DNA from: the human T2T-CHM13v2.0 reference genome, Homo sapiens
Assembly (NCBI RefSeq): GCF_009914755.1
Contig: NC_060944.1
Strand: one strand, 5' to 3'
DNA: 64,000 nucleotides
Part shown: in pieces, positions 39,726 through 58,959 of the stretch
Numbering within the stretch: position 1 is the stretch's first letter
Layout of the letters: each line of letters begins with the position of its first letter
Notes under the pieces: model-generated
The model's database searches: none
Seen by the model: the letters and a program-made list of their open reading frames with translations, nothing else
Told to the model about the DNA's origin: nothing
Made by a program: the position numbers and the translations under genes

Positions 39726-41607
39726 CTATGTGGTATTTTAGAGATTACCATGTATAGATTGTTGTTAATTGTGATAAGAGGAACTGTAAATGACGGCTCA
39801 AAGTTGAAATGCTTGGATGATAGAGAGCATTTACAGGAAACAGCTTCTGTGATATGATTCCACCAGCTGTAGCATATTAGGGGAGAGGATCAGGGCTGCA
39901 GGGACTGTATAGTGTAGATGTTAGCTAGGAGTGTATTCTTTGGGACCCTAGACTTCTGTGTTCAAACCTCCTGCCTTCCACTTGCTACGTTTGTGATCTT
40001 GGACAAGTTACTTCCTTATAGGATTATTGTAAAGATTAAGTTAATTGACATGTGCAAAAAACTTGGCATGTAGTAGGTGCTCAGTAAATGCTTGCTATTA
40101 CTTTTTTATTATTATTATTTTAAGCTGTGACAAACCACAGCAACTGTAATTACTCTGGTTTGATGTTCTTAACCTTAGTTCCTCGTTCAGGAATGACTTA
40201 CTGCTCTATTTGGTTTGTAGATGCAATAAATAAGAATGTAATTACGTGATTGAAAGGCTGTGTTGGAGTATTAACTTCCTAAACTCAATGAAGACAGGGG
40301 TTGTCCTTTGTAAAAATTGTGATAATCATGATGGAGCAGATTTGGAGTAATCTCAATGATTCGTCCGCACTATACACCAAAAGCATAAATAGGGACTGCC
40401 CAAGTAGGGGATAGTGCCCTTCCAACCTTTATCTGGAGAAATCAAGACAGCCTGTGAGAGTATTCATCGCCCCAAGGATACTGTTGCTCTTTACCTTGTT
40501 ATGAAACTTTGATATATATTAATAATCTTCAACCTTTCAGCCCTCTGTTGGAGAATATAATTACATTCTTAAACCTCCCTTTTATAATTGTCTTATTTAA
40601 GACTCATCTTCTCCCATCATGTATCTTTAAGTTATGTTTCTGCTCTTAAACTATATGAAGTTTGGAGGCTTAATAGGATAATCTATTTAAAATTCGATAT
40701 GGAAAAATTTATCTATGGCTGGGCACTGTGGTTCATGCCTGTAATTCCAGCGCTTTAGGAGGCCAAGGTGGGCAGATTGCATGAGCCCAGGAGTTTGAGA
40801 CCAGCCTGTGCAACATGGCAAAACCCCATCTCTAAAAAAATATATAAAAATTAGCTGGGTGTGGTAGTGCATGCCTGTAGTCCCGGCTACTTGGGAGGCT
40901 GAGGTGGGAGGATGACTTGAACCTAGGAAATGGAGGTTGCAGTGAGTTGAGATCATGCCATTGCACTCCAGCCGAGACAGCAGGGTGAGACCCTCACACA
41001 AAAGTGCTAAGTAATGGCTAGGTGCTCTATAATTACTAGTTGTCATTATTCTCAGCCATTATCAAGAAAATTTAAAAAGAATAGTAAACATACGTATTTT
41101 CATATGAAATTGAATGACTTTTAAAGATCACATGTTGTATTATATCTCCTATGTACTAAGCATTTCTGAGTTCCAGGCACAGTAAAGTGGGCTTTTCATG
41201 CAATTTAGTTCTCACTATTATCATCATTCCCACTGAGGCCCAGAGAAGTTAAGTTGGCCAGGGTAACTCAGTAAGTGATGGAACCAGGGTATAAACACAG
41301 GCAATCTGGCTCCATAGTCCAAGATCTTAACTATTACTACCATGTTTTCTTGCTTCTCCATATGAAAGTTGTTATGTTTGAAATACTCAGTAGAGTTTTT
41401 AAAACAATCAGTATACCGCAGTGGAGTTTCAGGAGACTGTATTTTCTATAGCTGAATTTTGAGATATGTTTGAAAGCCTTGAGTCAAAAAGATCACAGCT
41501 CTTTTCTTCAGGTTTTTACTACATATATACTAGGTTTACTTTAATTAGGGGCTAATGGAAAGAAGGAAATGAGAGTAAAGAGCTGGTTACACATAAGTTT
41601 CATTTGA

Positions 41608-41784
<177 letters not shown>

Positions 41785-42346
41785 TAATTTTTCTGTTTTT
41801 AGTAGAGACGGGGTTTTTCTGTTGTCTGGGCTGGAGTTAATCAGTTTTTCTAATTGATGATATCTCTTCATCAGCAGTAAACTCCCTCTTATTAATTCTG
41901 GAGTTGTGACCTGTTATTAATTCTGGATTGTGATTCATTTCTTTGGGTACAGCAGGCAATGGGAGACCAAGGCTAAGGAAGAGAGCAACTTGCCCATCCA
42001 CATCCACACAGCTGGGTGGGGAAACGTAGCTGCAGCACATGATGTAGCTTCACATAGATCATAACATCCATTCTTAGATTTGCTCCTCTGTTTAATATAC
42101 GAGATTTAGGATGTGGATGGGTCATTGGTGACCTTAGCTTGAGCTTTTTTGATGCTGTGATGGAGGTGAAAGCCAGACTGGCATGGGTTGAGGCGTGGGA
42201 GGTGAGGAAACAGATGGTGAGCATAGTCAACTCTCCCAAAGTTTGGTTGTGTTGTAAAGCGGAAGAAGGAGTGGCTCCTGGGAGTTGTTTGTTTATTTAA
42301 AGGTAGAAAAGATTTTAACTTTAAATATTGTTAAGGGATCCAGTTA

Positions 42347-42966
<620 letters not shown>

Positions 42967-43238
42967 TTATAAGTGCTATGTATCATAAAAATTTTGAGAA
43001 ATAACAGGACTCAGGACCCTGGAAGATTACTTTTTGTTGAAAACCACTGTGGATTCTTCAGGAGGAGGTTATCTGTCTGGAAGCAGCATCAAAAAACTGG
43101 ATTGTTCTTGATTATTGAAAAGCATTTATATGTAGGATTGGCAGAGAGTTGATTGAGACTTTGAAAGTTTGATTTGCTTATTGATAGTCCAGTGATCCCT
43201 CTTTGGGCCGCAGTTTCCCAAGGTGATAAAGATAGTAA

Positions 43239-43956
<718 letters not shown>

Positions 43957-44569
43957 GGTGTTGCAGTCTTTAAAGGAAAAGGAACTGAATGCTTGCCTTT
44001 CTCTACCTCCCCTATTAGTTGGTTTATAGACCTTTTTGTAAGTCTCCAACATGAGTGAAGCAGTGGTTGGATAGAATGAATTTAGAGCTCTATCCTGTAC
44101 TTGTAAATCTCAGGGGAGAGTCTGAAAGCAGTGCTAGGGAAAACAGTAAGACCATTCTTCATGAAAAAGAGTGAACTTGTGAAAATGTGTACTTAATCAG
44201 CAAGAACATGGAGTGTCCTATATAAATAGCTCAGAGCTGTGTTTAGCTCTTGCCAGTTTCACCAGGCTTAGGGGGCCTGCCAGGAAAATACTTGACTTTC
44301 TTTCCAGCAAGGTTATCCTAGAAAAAATAGTTTTGCATTTGCTGATTCATTTCTGAAATTTTCCAGTGAGAAGCTCATTTCTGTTTAGTGCCTTGGGTGT
44401 AAACAAGCCTTCTGGCTTGATATTTTATTAGGTTTTATACCTTTGTGAGGAGAACAGCCTTCTTGTGCTAGGACACAAAATTCTTAAGTTTTCCTTCCGT
44501 CCTAGGGAGTGGTCAGTGTATATTTGTCGTTCTGAATATAGCCCTTTTGCCTGTTGACTAAACCAGACC

Positions 44570-47500
44570 CAACATTTATTCAGAAGATATTTATTTGGGT
44601 GTCACCCCTGGTGTCATGATGCAGAGGGATCAAAACAAACAAGGACCATGTTCTGAAGGAGTTTGCAGTTGAATGGGGTAGATGGGCATTGTTCAGAGGA
44701 TATGCCCTCTAGGTCATAATAACAACCCGAGAAGTACTGAAGGAAAGAAACCTGGTTCTGCCAGGGCAGTGAACAGTGGGGTGAGGGAAGACTTCCCTGA
44801 GGAAGTCTCACTCATTCATTGAGAATTAATGATGAGTGAGAATTAAGTAGTTGGGGGCAGGAGGCATTTCAGCAGAGGGAACAACCTGAGTGAAGGCTCT
44901 ATGGCAGAGAGGAAAACAGTTGTTGGGGAAACTGAAAGAGGCCAGTGTGTGGTTGGAACATTGTACTTGAGCAAAGAGAGTGGAGATGGAGTGGGAGTGG
45001 GAGAGGTAGGCCAAGACCCCAACATGCAAGGCCTGGAGGTCATGGCTAGGAGTTTTATTTTTTAGGTCAAAGGCAGTGAGATGACACTGAAGAGTTTTAA
45101 ACCGGGAAGCAGGTGATAGGATGACCAGGTGTATTATTTTGGAAAAATCATTTGGACCACTGTGTTCAGAACATCTTAGGGGAAGACCAGAGGGATTGCC
45201 AAGGAACCAATGAAGAGACTGTCTTAGTCCATTTTGTGCTGCTTTAACAGAATGCTACTCACTGGGCGATTTATAAAGAACAGAAGTTTATTTGGCTCAC
45301 AGTCCAAGAGCATGGCACTAGCATCTGGCCAGGGTCATCCTATGGCGGAAGGCGAGAGAGGAAATGGGGGTTGAACTCATCTTTTTATCAGGAGCACACT
45401 CATGCAGTAACGTATTAGTCCATTCATGAGGGCAGAGCCCTCGTGACCTAATCACTTCTTAAAGGCTCCACTCTTACACCATCACAGTGGCAATTAATTT
45501 GCAGCAGAGTTTTGGTAGGGACATTCAAACCATCGCAGGCAGTTACCATTGTTCAGGTGAGAGATATTGGTGGCCTGGACTAGTGGTGACAGTAGAAATA
45601 GAGCAAAGAAAATGAATTTCCAACCTGGTTAGAAGATGAAGCCAACAAAACCTTGTGATGGAGCGAGTAAGAGCATGGGAAAGAGGATTGATAAGCTTGA
45701 CTCTCCGATTTCTGACTCACCCAGCTGGGTGGATGGTGCCTATTTTTTAAGATGGGAATGTGGGAAGAGGACTACATGGAGTGGTGGAGGGAGGAAGTTG
45801 ATCTGAGTTGGGACTTGGATGTGTGGAGTTTGGTCTGCCTTTGAGCATTCAGTTGGACATGTGAAATGGGAAGTGGCCAGTTGTATGAGCCTGATGTTCA
45901 TAAGAGAGGTCTGGGCTTAAGATAGGAATTTGGGAGTCAGCAGAGTCTAGGTGGGAATGGGAAGCCTGGTGAGACGGTATACAGAGGGAGAGGCAGGAGG
46001 CCTGGGCCTGAGAACCCTCCAGGCCTTTTCTGGCTGGGCAGAGGAGGCTGAGTCTGCAGACGAAATAGAGCAGAGATGGGTAAGAAGCGGAGGAAAGATG
46101 AGGAAAATATGTGGTTATGAAGCCCGAAGTCGAGAAAATTTGAGAGTGAGGTCAGTAAGGTGAAATGCTACAGAGAGGTCAAGTGAGGTAAAGACTGGAA
46201 AAATGCCCATCAGATTTAGAGACATGTGGGTCATTGGTGGCCTTAGCTTGAGCTGTTTTGGTGGCATGATGGAGGTGAAAGCCAGACTGGCGTGGGAGGT
46301 GAGGAAACAGACGGTGAACATAGACAACTCTTTCCCGAAGGTTGGCTGTGGGAGGAGGGAGATGTGGATGTTAAAAGTATTTTGTTTTTTCTTTTTTTTA
46401 AGGTAGAAGAGACTTGAACTTGTTTAAATGTCATTGGGGAGGGAGCCAGTTCAAGGAGAGGTTTGGTAATGCAGAAAGAAGAAAGGACAGTGTTTCATTT
46501 TTTCAACAAATGTTGAGTGCCTGCCACTCTGTGCTGAAGAATTCTCAGTACTTGGGAATTCAGCAGTGAACAGAACAGGCAAAGTGTCTGTTGTCATAGA
46601 GTTTATGTTCTGCTGGGGAAGGCAGATAGTAAATGAACTGATATATAATATGTCAAGGGTGATAAATACTAAAAAAAGACTAAAAAAATGAATTAGTAAA
46701 GTGAGAGAACAAACCAGGTAAGGAGATACAGGGTGACAAGGGGGTGGCAGTATTAGGTGCTGAGGAAGTCCCCTGAGGAGGACATCAGAGCAGAGATCTG
46801 AAGGAAGTGAGGGGGTGAGCCATGGAGATATCTGGGGGGAGGGAGGGCATTCCCAGGAGCAGGAATAGCTCATGCAAAGGCCCCGGGGCAGAAATGTGCT
46901 TGGTGTGTTCGAGCAAGTAGGCCAGGGCCAGGGTGGTAGAAGGTGAGAGCAGAGGGATAGCAGGGGCCAGATCACATAGAGGTTTGGAGGCCAAGATCGA
47001 GAGTTTTAATTTTACGCGGAGTGGGATGGAAAGCTACTGGAGCATTTTGAGCAAAGGAGTGTTGTGATCTGAGTTACATTTTGAGGGCATCCCTCTGGCT
47101 GCTGTTGAGAAAAGCTGTGGGGTGGAAGGGAGGATAATTGCTGAAGCATGGAGACCAGTTACAAGACCATTGTGATGGCCCAGGTGGGAGATAACAGTTG
47201 CTTGGCCTAGGGTGATAGTGGTGGCCTAGTGTGGTAAGAAGGGATCAGGTTCTAGATATTATGGATAGTGTGAAGTTCCTGAGAAGGCGGATAGGGATGG
47301 GAGGTGACAGAGGTGGAGGGGTTGGACACCCACTCCCTTATAGCAGGAGAGAGCAGAGAGTAGGCCCGAAGTGGGTCAGGTTGTAGGTTTGCTAACAGCA
47401 AGCTGAGGGAGTCTCCTTGTGCCCACTTCTAATTTCTGAGTGAAGTAGGAGGCCACTCCATTGGTTGTGAGTAAAGAGGACGGCAGCAGAACAGCGATGA

Positions 47501-47650
47501 TTGGGAGGGGAGAGTTGGGCCATTGAGGGTGGAGAAATGTGCAGTAGCCATCGTGGAGAGTGAGAGGTGACCAAATTACTGGGCAGCATTTCAGGTTTCA
47601 TTCGTGGTGGGTAATTGGGGCTCTGTAGGCCTGCCAACCTGCCCTGTTGT
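44570..47650. mobile_element. L2 fragments with an inserted MST/MLT1 LTR (~45220-45537)
   Basis: Purine-rich L2 motifs (TTGGATGTGTGGAGTTTG, CATTTTTTCAACAAATGTTGAGTGCCT). LTR TGTCTTAGTCCATTTTGTGCTGCT...CATTCAAACCATCGCA. Confidence 0.7.
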
Positions 47651-48971
47651 CAGAGGTCTGCTTAGGCGGAGATAGGTGAAAAGGGGACGCTAGTACAATC
47701 TAAGTTTGGGATTTTGCCAGAAGTTAAGACTAAAGGTCAGAGAGAGTCCAGGCTATTGATTGCGTGTCATCTGATAATAGTCCTGCTGATGGGATCTACC
47801 CTGGAAAATGAGGAAAAAGGAAAGCCGAGAGGTTGGCCATCTCAAGGTTTGACAGGACAAAGACAGGTTCTACTGGGAGCAATTGAGAGGGTCAGCTGGA
47901 AGGAGAGAAGAGGAAGGAGCTGGAAGTTCCCCAGTTCCATATAGGGACAAGAGTCAGTGTGACCAGCCTCACCAGGCTGGCTTGGAGTGGAGGAGGATGT
48001 GGTAGGTGACTGGGAGCTAAAGGAATTTAGGGGCAGCGTTGGTTTCTGTGGGGGAAGCCTGCGACAGATAGAAGTCTGAGGAGTGTGGAAGGGTTACTGT
48101 GGGATCTGGGGGCATTGGCCACTGATGGGATTGTTGGGCAGTGCTGGGTTTGAGGTTGGTGATGGTGATTGTTGGACTTGCCTTGGGAGTGGAAGAGAGA
48201 ATGCGAGCCAGTGTCAGAGGTGCTGGTGAATGGAGGTGTGTGACCCGAGCGGTAACATCCAGAAAGGATTTCCCGCAAAGACAGCGCGGCTTTTCAGCTG
48301 CAGCTGCCCCACCCTGCTCCAGTCTCCCTCATTTCCAGCCTGGAAATTGTTGCTAATTGCCCCATTGGCAGTTGGGAAGGCAACGCCTGTTAAGATGTGG
48401 AGCAATAAAGTGGAGCAGGTATGCTGTGCCGTATGCCCCTCTTCCTGCACCGTCCTCCTTCTGTCATCGTTGAGTGGCTCAGGAGTGCTGGCCCTCTAAC
48501 AGACTGCCTGGGCGTGGATCCTGACTGCAGAGTAGCACTTCTGGCTGTGACGTGGGCAGATGGCTTAACCTCCCTGTGCTCAGATTCCTCACCTGTAAAA
48601 CAGTTATGGATGATTAGAGTGTTCCTGCCTCCCTGGGTTGTGGTGAGGACTGAATGAGCACCTGCCACTAGGAGGCAATCAGTGAGTCAGCTATCATCAT
48701 TATTATTATTAGGGTTCCACTCATTCTCCTTTTCCCTTGGCATTGCTTGATCCCACGGAGATCCCACTAGAGATTTTGCTTTAATACTGACTTGTTTTAA
48801 AATAAGAGCAAGAGAACTGACATTTATTGACCACCTGCTGTGTGCCAGCTGCCGCCTTAGTCACCACCAAGACCTCTCTCATGGCGGTGTCAAGAGAATT
48901 ATCTGCACTCTTGGTGCCTAGTTATGGTCTCTGGAGCATGTGGGGCTGTTTTTTATCACTCCCATTTTTTA

Positions 48972-49308
<337 letters not shown>

Positions 49309-50265
49309 TCAGGGAAGTTTAATAACCCAATAACCCATCTGGCATCATTCAGCTAATAGATGTCTGTGCCAGGACTTGAACCCAGCTCTGTCTCACACCT
49401 GTATCTTTTCTTTCTGCCATATCAGGCTGTGCCATGCTATCTGTGAGGCACCCTGCCACACACACTTTTTCGCTGTTCCTTTTTCTCCCTCCGTTTAAAA
49501 AAAAAATTATTACACTTTTAACTTCTGGGATACATGTGCAGAACAAGCAGGTTTGTTACATAGGTGTACGTGTGCCATGGTGGTTTGCTGCACCCATCAA
49601 CCCGTAATCTGGGTTTTCAGCCCAGCATGTATTAGGTATTTGTCCTAATGCTCTTCCTTCCCCTTGCCTCCCACCCCTCAACAGGCCCTGGTGTGTGATG
49701 TGTGCCTCCCTGTGTCCATGTGTTCTCATTGTTCAGCTCCCACTTATGAGTGAGAACATGTGGTGTTTGGTTTTCTGTTCCTATGTTAGTTTGCTGAGAA
49801 TGATGGCTTCCAGCCTCATCCATGTCCCTGCAAAGGACATGAACTCATTCTTTTTTATGGTTGCATAGTAGTCCATGGTGTATATGTGCCACATTTTCTT
49901 TATCCAGTCTATCATTAATGGGCATTCGGGTTGGTTCCAAGTCTTTGCTATTGTGAATAGTGCTGCAGTAAACATACATGTGCATGTGTCTTTATAGTAT
50001 AATGATTTGTAATCCTTTGGGTATATACCCAGTGATGGGATTGCTGGGTCAAATGGTATTCCTCATTCTAGATCCTTGAGGAATCGCCACACTGTCTTCC
50101 ACAATGGTTGAACTAATTTACACTCCCACCAACAGTGTAAAAGCGTTCCTATTTCTCCACATCCTCTCCAGCATCTGTTGTTTCCTGACTTGTTAATGAT
50201 TGCCATTCTAACTGGCGTGAGATGGTATCTCGTTGTGGTTTTGATTTGCATTTCTCTCTTTTTTT

Positions 50266-51997
<1,732 letters not shown>

Positions 51998-54134
51998 TGA
52001 TTTACGTTTCTCTAATGACCAGAGATGATGAGCTGTTTTTCATATGTTTTTTGGCCACATAAATGTCTTCTTTTGAGAAGTGTCTGTTCATATCCTTCGC
52101 CCATTTTTTGTTGGGATTGTTCTTCCCTCTTTTAATGGAAAAAAAAAAGATTGCATTATCCAGATATATCAAGAACCCAACTTTTAGGTTGGGCCATATG
52201 AGACTACTGCTATTTGAGCATTTCCAGCCTGGGTGAGAGGGTGAGACTCTGTCTCCAAAACAAAAACAAAAGGTGCTGGTGTGCTTCAGACTGTGCCTTC
52301 TCTCCACCTGCACGGGCTCTGTCCTGCTCTAAGCCCCCATTGCTGCTAGGCTGGATTATTAGCAGTAACTTCCTGATTGGTTTCCCTGCTTCTGTCCTGG
52401 CCACCTTCCTCTTTATCCTCACAGCAGCCAGAGTGATCTGTCCGAAGAAAAGTTGAGTCAGGCCGCCCTCTCCCAGCCCCTCCATGGGCTTCCTCCCATC
52501 CCTTACAAAGATGCCGTTATCATCTGGGCCCCTACTGGGCCTAGTGGAGAAGACTTTTCAAGAGTGTCTTTCTTTCTTTATTTCTTTTTTATTAGATGGA
52601 CTCCAAGTCTTTTTACCATGTTGCTCAGGCTGGTCTGAGCTCCTGAGCTTAAACTGATCTGCCCACCTCAGCCTCCCAAAGTGCTGGGATTACAGGCGTG
52701 AGCCACTGGGACTGGCCTCAAGATTTTTTTTTCTTCAACAAAAGAGTAGTTTAGAAAGTGCAGCAATTCCTAATTCTTGTGGGAATACTTAAGGGTAAAT
52801 TTAGAAAACCAAAGAAAATCTGTGAACATAGGATTTGCAACTGGAGTTTCTTGGGTTTCTGCAGTTACTCTTCCAGGTAGCAACTCTTTCCTGGTCACAG
52901 GAGAGGGCTGCTCTCTTCGGTCCCTGTGCCCTGCACTGCTGCTGCTGCCAGTCCTGTCAACGCTTGCTCATTCCCATTCCAAAACCAGGTTTTACCTTTG
53001 CTGTGGTCATGCCAGGCCAGAAACGGACTTTGGAGATTTCAGAAGGCTTGTAAACTAGCCTTCCCAGCTGGATGGGTTCACAGAGCAGTAAAACACCAGT
53101 GTTTTGAACCGTGGTTGTAGCTTTCATGGTTAGTGTCAGTGCTAGGAAAACCACACATTTAAACTCTTCTGCATTTATGGTTTACAGAGTAATTCCATAT
53201 GCTTGTTCGAGAGTCGAGGTATCCAGGAGAACACAGACTCTGGAGCCTGATTTTCTGGGTTTAAGTCCCATCTCCAGTACTTAATAACTTGTAACCTCTG
53301 TGGATCTTGATTTTCATCTATAAAATTTATAATGGAGTTTGGCCTTGAACTTCAGTCCTCTGGCTCCTTAGTTCTTTGTTCTTTGGCTGGACAACATTTC
53401 GCTTATAGAAAACTTGATGTTTTGTCCTCATAGCACTGATCACAGTCCTTAAAAGCCACTTTTAGCCCCTGCAGCTACTTTTCTGCAGCCACTGAAGCAC
53501 TTTCTCCTCGGCTCTTCTCCATCCCTTAAAGCAAAATTGGCAAACCGGTAGCCTCAGGGCTAGGCAGCTTGCAAACCAGTCTTATTTAAGCCATAATATT
53601 TTTTAAATATATTTTTATTGATACATATAGCTGTACATATTTTTGAGGTGCATTGATAATTGGATGCTTTCATATAGTCAAATCAGGGTAGCTGGGATAT
53701 CCATCACTTTAAATATTTATTTTTTCTTTATATTAGGAACATTTGAATTATTCTTTCCTAGCTATTTTGAAATGTACAGTTGGTTAATGTTAACTGTAGT
53801 CATCCTACTGATCTAACGAACACCAGATCTTATTTTTTCTATTTAACATAATTTTAAAACAATTGAAGGTGTTTGAATTACAATCAGAGGTTTCACTTAA
53901 AATCTGGATTTCGACCTCTGGAAAAATCAGAACAACTAGCACCTGTGAGCTGAGGGACTCTAAAGATTCCAGTCAGCTGGAGCTGAGGAGCTGCCGCACC
54001 CCTTCCTGTACTGGGTGGAGAGGGGGTCCTGTCATTCTTTGATCTTACACCCACCGTGTTTTTTCTTGACATTTCCCGTCTGGCCTCCATGGGCCTTTGT
54101 AGTTGGTGTAACTTTTGTGTTTGGTTTGTTTTAT

Positions 54135-54442
<308 letters not shown>

Positions 54443-56368
54443 TATAGTGGCATTTCAAAACAGATTGTTTTAGAGCTCACAGCCCAGCACCAATGCTAGC
54501 GAAGACCTCATTGCTTTAGATAGGTTTAGGACTTAAACTTGACTCTAACAAGGTAATGGTGATTGGAAGGAAAACCTACATTTGAGTTTGGGCAGCAGCA
54601 CCCCTCTGGCATGTCACAGTGACATATCTTGTCACCCAAGCAGAGCCTTGGCATTATAGATACAGGTTTCTAAAAGCTGATAGCTTGGCTGCCAGCCTCA
54701 TGGGCTGGATCACCCACAACTTCATGGGCCTCTTCTAGTGGAAGCTGGAGCATTTCCTTGGTGAATTCTTTTCCCTGAGGGGCAAGATCCATGCCACACA
54801 GCTCTCTGACCCTGTGTGTCACAACCCTTATGGTCCATGAGCAAAATGGTTGCTAGTAGTCATTTGGGCATTTCTCTTCTGTTTTCTTATGTGTGTAATA
54901 AGATATACAAAGTCGGGCTTGAAGATTAGAAATTGCTACTTCCAGTGAGTCAGTTTACTTGGTTTTCACATCTTCAAGTTGAGTCTAGAATGGAGTTACC
55001 TAAGAAAAGGAAATTTGCAGCCTTCAGTACCGTGTCCTGGGGTTGCTAGAATAACTAGTGCCATATCCACTCTACTGGCTCTCTAGAGATTGTGTAAAGG
55101 AGGCTGGCCTTTTGGAGATGATCTGAATACATGGTATTGAGGACAAACCTCCTTCCCAAGGCTGATTTGATAATATGTGAGTTTGTGGGTCTAACATGTA
55201 GAAATACACTCAACTGAGTGGATGTGGGGTAATTCTGTGTATTTAGACAGGGTGTTTTGTTGTTTTAATGGTACGAAACCTTGTTTTCCTGGAAATAACA
55301 CTATCTCTGAGATTGTGATTTCTGAAAAATGACATTTTATTCCTATAACCCTGCCAAGGGTAGTGCAACCTCTGTGGTTAAGATTTTAAAATTAATTTTA
55401 ATTCAAAAAAGTCACACGTGCCTTAGCACAATGTGAATGTACTTAATGCCATTCAACTGTAAACTTAAAAGATGGTTAAGATGGTAAATTTTAGGTTATG
55501 TATATTTTATTATAATTGTTTTAAAAAGTGCTGATTAAGAAAAAGTATGTATGCTTATCATAGAAAATGTGAAAAAAGAAAAAATCATCATCCCACTACT
55601 TAGACAACTTTCAATATTTTATTGGTTTCAATACTTTGTTATATTGATTTCCAGTCTTCTATGCATATTTGCACACAGTTGAGATGTTGTGATATTACCA
55701 TGTTATTGTGTCAGCTAACTGTCATGAACATGCATTCTGCAGAACAAGAAACAGGTAAGAACGTGGCTGTAGAGCCAGAAAGCCTCGGTTCAAATTCTGG
55801 CTCCCTAGTTCTTGATGTGCAACAGTAGCCAAGTTACCTAACCTCCTGTGCCTTGGTTTCCTCATCAAAATCATTGCTTCTCATCAAGAGCAGTTTTGCT
55901 CAGGAGACACTTGGCAATGTCTACAGACGTTTTTGGTTTTCAAGATGGCAGAGGGGTCAGGGGTGCTCCTGGTATCCAGTGGATGGAGGACAGGGATGCT
56001 ACTAAACATCCTAGAGTGCACAGGGCAGCCTCATAACAAAGAATTCTTCATCCCCAAATGTCAGTGGTGCCAAGGCTGAGAAATCCTCCTCTAAATGAGA
56101 TGGATATAATAAGAGTATGGACCTCATAGGATCGTTGTGAGGGCTAAATGAGCTAAAACACTTACAGTAATGCCTAGCCAGTCACTCCATGTAAGTGTTA
56201 GCTATTATTATTGCTGTTACAATTATTTCTTTCACTTCATATCAGCATTTTTGTATTTAAACATCTCGTTAACAATCTTTTCAGTGGTCTCCAAATATCT
56301 TTTAGTAAAGTTTTCCTTTACATAAATGTTGCATTTTCCTAATGTGTTTTTTCTTCCTTCCTTACCAG

Positions 56369-56399
56369 ATGAAATTAAAGCAGAAATAGAAAAGCAGAG
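56369..56399 (+). CDS. ARFGEF2: ARFGEF2 coding exon 2, 31 nt: (D)EIKAEIEKQ(R)
   Basis: Polypyrimidine tract TTTTTTCTTCCTTCCTTACCAG| and donor AG|GTAAGC. G+AT completes Asp in frame with exon 1. Confidence 0.95.
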
Positions 56400-56983
56400 G
56401 TAAGCTATAGCACTACCTCCTTGCTGAGATACGGCATGAAGGGAGTAGGTAGCAACTGGGGGAGCCTCTTTCTCTGCTTGGTTTCTCATATTTCTAATCC
56501 TCAGGGGTGGCACACACTCTGCAAGCATGGTGCTAGGCACACGGCACAACTCTGTGTATGTTTGAACTGATGCTAGGTTCACAGGCTACTGCCTCAGTAC
56601 TTGTATACTTGGAAGGAAGGATCAAGATCGAGGTAATGCTGTTGTATCTTTTCTTAACAGAACAGGCAAAGCCCTTGTCTCTTGTATGGCCTGCTTCCTT
56701 AGGCATGAGGACAGCTTGCACCATGAGTGGTTACTCCTGATCTTCATAGTAAGGAAGGCCGTTAGTCACGTTTCAGAGATATAGCTCTGGCGTGGCTGCC
56801 ACCAGGATTCAGTCCAGGATGTTGTTAATTCAGCATGCCAATCAGAGAACTTGCTCTCTGCATGTGGCACTTCAGTGGTGTTTTTGCTAATGCATGTATT
56901 CAACTTTTAATGCCTAGCCCCAGGATATAGTTTGCAGGCACTTTAAATTAAATGGTTGCAGATGGAATGGGAAGTTAGAGTAA

Positions 56984-57409
<426 letters not shown>

Positions 57410-57412
57410 TAA

Positions 57413-57889
<477 letters not shown>

Positions 57890-57928
57890 TAATGGCGTTA
57901 AAATTCATATCAAGTAGAGAAATAGAGA

Positions 57929-58533
57929 CAGTTGAATCTGTTGTTTTTGGTAGTTATGTGCTATAAAGTCACCTCCCATACTGAATTAGCAAACATTGAA
58001 TCTTTGTTCCTGGAGGAACTACAGGGTTAGGTTCCTGCAAGCCTTTAGTCTTCATGTGTTTCTATTTAAAGAGACTATCTAATATCTATTGTTGATGCAT
58101 TAACATTGAACTCAGGGGCCACGGTGCTATAACACATGCCTGAACAAAGCTTATCTAACACACATAATTTCTGTGTGAGGCACATCACCACCTTCTTGCT
58201 GTTAGGAACACTGGAAAGCACATCAGCACACCCTCGGGGTCCATTGTAAACAGCAAAATCACCAACAAAAAGCACCAAAATGCAAAAAACACAGCACTAA
58301 CTACACCACTAAAAAGATACTTGTTTTCAGTAGGAGAGTGAAACAAGGAGGCATAGTGTTGCCTTGTTTGACCTCAGGAACATGAACATCAAGTGATTTC
58401 AAATTTTTTACTGCTCTGTGCATGTCTACAAATGACCAAAAAAGCCCCAGACGTATTGATTTGGGCTTATAAATAAATTTTAGTGAGTAGGTGCATTTGC
58501 AAGTATAGCTGCAAATAATGAAGACTGACTGTA
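57929..58533. mobile_element. TcMar-Tigger DNA transposon (MER82-like)
   Basis: CAGTTGAATCTGTTGTT...TAATGAAGACTGACTGTA termini; internal CACCAACAAAAAGCACCAAAATGCAAAAAAC. Confidence 0.72.
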
Positions 58534-58719
58534 TTTAGAGTCACAAGTAACTTTGTTATAAATTACCTTTTACTGAAGAAGAAGCAAGAGTAGAGAAGTT
58601 AAGGTGACTTGTCCAGTAATATACAGGTAGTACGAGAAACAGGACTATAACTTGGGTTTCTTAATTCCTGGCCCACCATTCTTGTACTTTTGCTCAGGAC
58701 CTACTCCTTAGGTTTCTGA

Positions 58720-58959
<240 letters not shown>

